Assembly: GCA_010909165.1 (NCBI GenBank)
Contig: VJWM01000116.1
Location: forward strand, 888,585-952,584
Source: Anthoceros angustus
Lineage: Eukaryota > Plantae > Anthocerotophyta
Length of the DNA stretch: 64,000 bases
Direction: 5' to 3'
Below the pieces are notes generated by a model. That model did not search any database. It was not told where the DNA came from and saw only the letters and a list, made by a program, of their open reading frames with translations. The translations under genes and the position numbers were made by a program. Position 1 is the stretch's first letter, and each line of letters begins with the position of its first letter. Positions 59,301 through 64,000 of the stretch are shown here, one piece after another.

Positions 59301-61500
59301 ATTCAATGCGTATCTCCGTAGACACCCACTTCAAAGCGGCGATGGATGTTTTCTCACTTCTCCAACACGACATGGCGAGGTGCAACACATGTTGCGCCTC
59401 AGGAAGTTCGAATTAATGGATGACCTGCCCATGGGTAAGAAATTCAGGTTGAGCCACATCACTCCATCTAGAGCATTTCGTAAGCGCCTCACGGCTTCGG
59501 CCCTGGACGCCATTTGTGCTACATGGGGCCGCACAATAGACGCGCACTCGCTTGCGGAACGAGACCGGCAAGTGCATCCCCATTATCAGCTTCAGGTAAA
59601 CATTTCGCCTGACTTACTGATATATGTATACTGTAATACGGCTCACACTTTCTATGTGGAAGGTGGCTTACATTTGTATGGGGTGTGTTACGCTTCTTGT
59701 GGTGTGTCTTACGCTATGTACCTGTAAGGTGTCTTACACCGCAGATGTGTATGCAGGAGTTGGCACTGTCGGATGCCAAATACAATGTGGAGGTGGCGCG
59801 CGACAACCATGTCGGTGCACACAAGGAGGCTTTGGCGGTAGCAAGAGTGTGCATCGACAGTAGAAATGAAGTGGTTTTGGATGCCGATCTGCATAACCAA
59901 GAACGTTACGTTGTGTCCAATGACATAACAGACGATAGGTGGGACCCTCCTAATTGTAGCGGGAGGGAGGATTGGCAAATTCTTTCTGTAGAGGAGTGCC
60001 GAGAAAGGTATGTGTTGTTTTCCATTTTCAGTTGTTTTTGACTTCATGTATTGCCGATTGCATTGATATTCGACAAGATGTCTTCTTGTTTCAGTGATTG
60101 CGATAGCCACAAAATATCGGGGAACTGGCAGATTGGGTGATACACGATCACCCATCCCGAGACCGGCTCCATATGGAGTCGCAAAATATATGCGCAGGCC
60201 GAGGACTTTGGAAATCCCGAGGGCCAAGGAGTGTTCCGTACTGCTTTTGGGCGTAATCAATGTGATTCTCGATCACCGCAGCGACTCCACCGGGTTGAGG
60301 GTTCACCGCTTGTAAAGCGGTGGATTTCTGCCGGCCTTGAGCGCCTTTCATGGACTACGTGTCGCCGATGTTTTCCAACAATGCATATTGTACCTGTGCA
60401 TGGGTGAATAGGCAGGAGTTGATGGACAGCCTCATCACGAGGTATTTTGTCATGTTATCTGATGTTGAGGTGCCTTTACGATGTGTTCCATCGAGGTATT
60501 TTGGCATGTTATCATAAAGGAGGTGCTTCGGATGTATTTCAAATATGTTTATCGTCACACATGCAAAAGTGTTACACGGATGAGGTGCACCTCAGAGCAC
60601 GCGACAACCTCGCACTGGCCGGGGGCCGCATTTGGAGGTTTTTCTATAGTAGGTGCGTAAGAGGGCATCCCCTTCTTGGAATGGGATAGCAAGTGTCCTA
60701 CGGCGGACAATAGGCGGGAATTAAGCGAGCAGCGTTATCGACCTCGGAGATAGTCATGATCCGGCTCCCGCCGAGAGAAGCCGTAACATCCGAGCATACC
60801 ACCGCCCACATTATGCAGTGCGCCTTTGTTTAGACATGGCAATAAGAGGGAAGGTGAACAAGCCGCGGCAAACACAAGATCATTTGGAGAAACTGTGGTC
60901 GCAGAGCTGTTGAAGCTAGCAATGCAACAAGCGCCGAAAGCAAGCCACCAATCTTGGGATGTCATAGCAGAGGAACCCACCGAGTTGGGAAATGTGTTAC
61001 AATCGCTATTCAGATCTCGCGGACAACGCTGACTAATCTATGGCGCACCGGGCCGATGGGGAGCTGAGCGAGTCGTACACGAGCACGTACCATCGACGAC
61101 GTCCGGCAACAAACATTGCAAGGAAGGGAAGACGCGTGGGCAACGAATCGCCACGCAACGCGGACAGAGGAATCATGACGACTACGCGATCCTTAAGACC
61201 ACGCGAGTTGATGAGTGGATGAGAGGTCTAAACATCGGTGCCGTGTCGCCATTAACCACCTTACGAATGTTGCTACCGCAACCCCTTTAACGCGTGCTTA
61301 TCGCAACATCGTGGAAGTTACCCGAGTTCGCTAAGATAATATCTCGAGGCTGCTGCCGTAACGGGTCTCCCCCATACATGTACGATAGAAAGGGCCACAC
61401 ACATGTGCAGTTGTTTTTGGTCCGCCCGCCATCTTCTTCTCAGACATTCTACACATGTACACACAAGGCACAAGAGACAACTACGTAAGCCATCTTACGT
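56315..61500 (+). pseudogene. Element gene B, copy 2: uninterrupted PrimPol-UL9-like helicase fusion gene, spliced; frameshifted as assembled (possibly sequence error)
   Basis: FYDIVHANKP..FGDVDL and KFSCHFVL. ORF 58316-58819 reads ILITHRVLL..CTVCLNSL..VDYVIVDEAKAV..ATMD..LVRTAKKVVIMEWDMD. Then DCDI..SP..ISVDTHF..QHMLRLR, resembling UL9 motifs V/VI. End is approximate. Confidence 0.78.
58830..59008 (+). repeat. Intronic minisatellite (GAGTGT(G/C)CTTACA)n in gene B, copy 2
   Basis: About 9 degenerate copies, longer than in copy 1. Confidence 0.8.
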
Positions 61501-62098
61501 ATACACCGAAGGCGCCTTCTTGCTCACGAAAAGGGCGGCAGCACATCGCACCCAATGCGCCGTTACCACCCCAGCGGCGAAGTGAGTAGTCGCCGTCGGA
61601 CGCAAACCACTGACAAATCCCCACAAACAAAGCCCACACCACGGAGGGGACCACCTCAACCGCCGGGGAGCCCCTAGGACGGCATTGCTCGCGGCTGGAG
61701 GTGCGCTGCGCCCACTACCACCGTGGCAGTTCAGCCTTATCATCTTTGCGGCACCTCAGAATATCCACGGGGATACGATGCAAAGGTGCCCGATTACTCC
61801 GAGACTGACTGCGTGTAGTGCACTTCACAGAAGTGCAGGAGCGGCTTCTTAGAAGGGGTTGGCATTAAGGTTCAACCCGATAGCGTGGAGTTCTGATGGG
61901 AGTAAGTAACATGGATTACAAGGCATGAGACCAGCGAATCGGCACAGCATGGCATGTACCACATCTAGTAACATGCGTAAGTGCGCGTGCCTTAGCTGTA
62001 TTACGACTCTGCTTTCCATCACATTGTGTATATGTTTAGTCCGACTTCCGAGGATCATGACGAGGCACACCACCGTGATCCAATTTCTTGTGTGCAGC

Positions 62099-63640
62099 GT
62101 GAAGGTACTCACCCTTCAAAGCGGCTTTAAGGGTAGTTCTTCTGGTTGTACCTTAAAGCAAGAAGATGGCGGGCGGAAATCGAAGGTAATATACTACTTG
62201 GGTTTGTAATATAGCTTAGTCCAAGAGAAACAATGTAAACAAATACTTAACGCGGCATTTCCGATCTATGGAGTTTGCGAGGCTCGACCAAGAGCAAAAT
62301 AGCCTCTGTGATGCTCTGCGGCGGTGGTCAACTTCGGTGACCGTTGCATTAGTCGAGAAGGTTCAATTGCTATCCTTACGGTGAGCAACCTCAAGACATT
62401 TGGATTCTGAGGCGACAAGGGTTACAAAGCATTGGAGACCCAGATAACTTGGTAGGAATGAGAGTAGCACTTCTGGAAGTGCTACTGTGATGGCATGCGT
62501 TACATGTCGTATGGCGGCAGCGTTGGAAGGCATAGAAGGCGCCAACGTTCCGACCTCAATCGACCTGGCCCAATACCACAAGTGATATCACGTGCGATGT
62601 GATGCCTTATTCGTGGCGTGCCCTTACGATGCGTGAGGGTCTGCTCGCCCACGTATTGTTTAGAATGTACATAAGCGAAGGGGTTACGAATCACATTGAA
62701 CAGTCGAGCTATCGGCATTGGCGGAGAAAAGGCGGAGAGGAAATCGGCTATGTGCACCAAGAAGATGGCGGGCAGGACAATTGTGAGAAGTGAGTGGCTA
62801 TGCGGACGCAAACCACGACGTAAATCCCCATGAAGCAGTGCCACACTGCAGAGTGACCACTAGCAGCGTGCTTGGGCGAGAGAAGTAGCATTGGTTGGGC
62901 GGTGCTTGCGAAGTTAGGTACCCATGAACGCCAGCATGTGTAGCGTAAAGATTTATCGCAGCATCATAAGGCATATTCTTTGACAGGCGGTGGTGCTAAC
63001 CTGAGACGGCGTGTAGTGTTGCGATAGTAGTTGTTGGCGTGCCTTACGGGAAACCTTGTTTACTTGGCGTGCGTTACATTGACGACATTGGCATTAGGGT
63101 TGGCATTGATGGCATAACTCTAGTTACATAGTGAGTAGTAACATGGATTACATGCTTGCCTGATAGCGTCGTTACATGTCGTTACATGTCATGTAGTAAC
63201 ATGCCTTATGTCGTGGGCTGCTACTTACGAACTCAGGTTTCTAGCGGTCGACCTCGGATCTCATGAGCACTGCCAAAGAGCACCACCATGCCTTCTACAC
63301 ATGGGGCCCTCCCTTCAGCTACTGCATGCAGGTGGTCACTGAAGCGAACCCTCGGGGTGGTGGTCTGAAGGGTCCTCGGGTGGCATCACTCAGTGTTAGT
63401 ATAGAGTGTCGGTGATGGGACCATAGCGGCAAGTGAGAAGTGAGGGAGTAGGTGGCTTGCGGACTTAAAACCACTCGACATAATCCCTCAAGGCAAATCA
63501 CAGTGCCCACTGCACAGAGACCACCCCCCCGTAGAGAGCCCCCTCAGGGGCGTAGCATTATTGTCGTAGTTGGAGGTCTTGGGTGCCCACTATGACGTAA
63601 AATTGCCTTATCGGCGCGCAAGGCGACGGTGGGGTGCCCC
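62099..63640 (+). mobile_element. Garbled start of a third unit interleaved with 520-bp-repeat sequence
   Basis: gtgaagg..ctcacccttcaa (~62100), ggaaatcgaaggtaatatactacttgggtttgtaatatagc (~62175), tgtttagaatgtacata (~62657), mixed with gtaacatggattaca repeats. Confidence 0.55.
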
Positions 63641-64000
63641 TTCACAGGCGGCGCGTGTGAGGTGCATGGGTTGGTTCACGTGCGCTGACGATGAAATGGT
63701 CGACATCCAAGAAGGTAATGATCATTTACGCTGCCAAATCCATTTTCCGGTTGATGAATCCATGGCTAAAATGACTTTCCGAAAGCAATAGTAAAGACCC
63801 AACAAACCTTAAATGGCGATCAAACAACAATGTTCCCACCCATGGGGATCCGGGATATGATGACAGTCAAGTTCAAATCCTCTCATTGAGATACGAAAGA
63901 TAGTTGAGAAAGGTAATACATTTCAATTATCGAATTGAATCTCCGTGAACATTTCTAACTCGATATCTTGTTACAAGATTAACGAGCACACTATGTTCAC

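Larger units (their letters stand above)
52550..62100 (+). mobile_element. Copy 2 of the tandem PrimPol/origin-binding-helicase element (no Sola insertion)
   Basis: Colinear with 36060-40520 joined to 46668-51000. Boundaries are approximate. Confidence 0.8.

Noticed and set aside
61700-64000. Biologically scrambled third unit (programmed rearrangement)
   Set aside because: Fine-scale interleaving of gene A start and 520-bp repeat sequence is more simply explained by a consensus of mis-aligned reads. It cannot be trusted without raw data.

Overview
Eukaryotic nuclear DNA from a compact land-plant genome (dense genes, ~80-110 bp GT-AG introns; bryophyte/hornwort-like is my inference). Bases 1-6.2 kb are nested transposon debris: a palindromic 23-bp array, a Ty1/copia RT relic, and a CACTA-type element carrying a copia LTR-PBS-gag piece. 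Bases 7-35.5 kb hold seven ordinary plant genes: NFXL1, a PLP-dependent aluminium-resistance/Met-gamma-lyase-family gene, an HhH-GPD glycosylase, TON1, a DUF1995(+SAP-like) gene, an NPF/PTR transporter and an intronless secreted protein. From ~36.0 kb to the end is a head-to-tail array of a ~10.7-kb unit (2 copies plus a garbled third start). Each unit has (i) an array of ~68-bp CACGTG-centred palindromic repeats, (ii) a spliced gene for an acidic protein ending in PKKKRRRRR, (iii) a spliced gene fusing a PrimPol-type (AEP) primase to a herpes-UL9-like origin-binding SF2 helicase, and (iv) ~520-bp repeats. An AT-rich hairpin sits at the junction between copies 1 and 2. I see no transposase, integrase or capsid gene in the unit, so it looks like an integrated concatemer of a self-replicating, virus/plasmid-like replicon. 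Copy 1 is interrupted by a 6.1-kb Sola1-like TIR transposon with a 4-bp TSD, and copy 2 preserves the empty site. The array is full of single-base indels that may be unpolished long-read errors, so its proteins were reconstructed by eye across frames.
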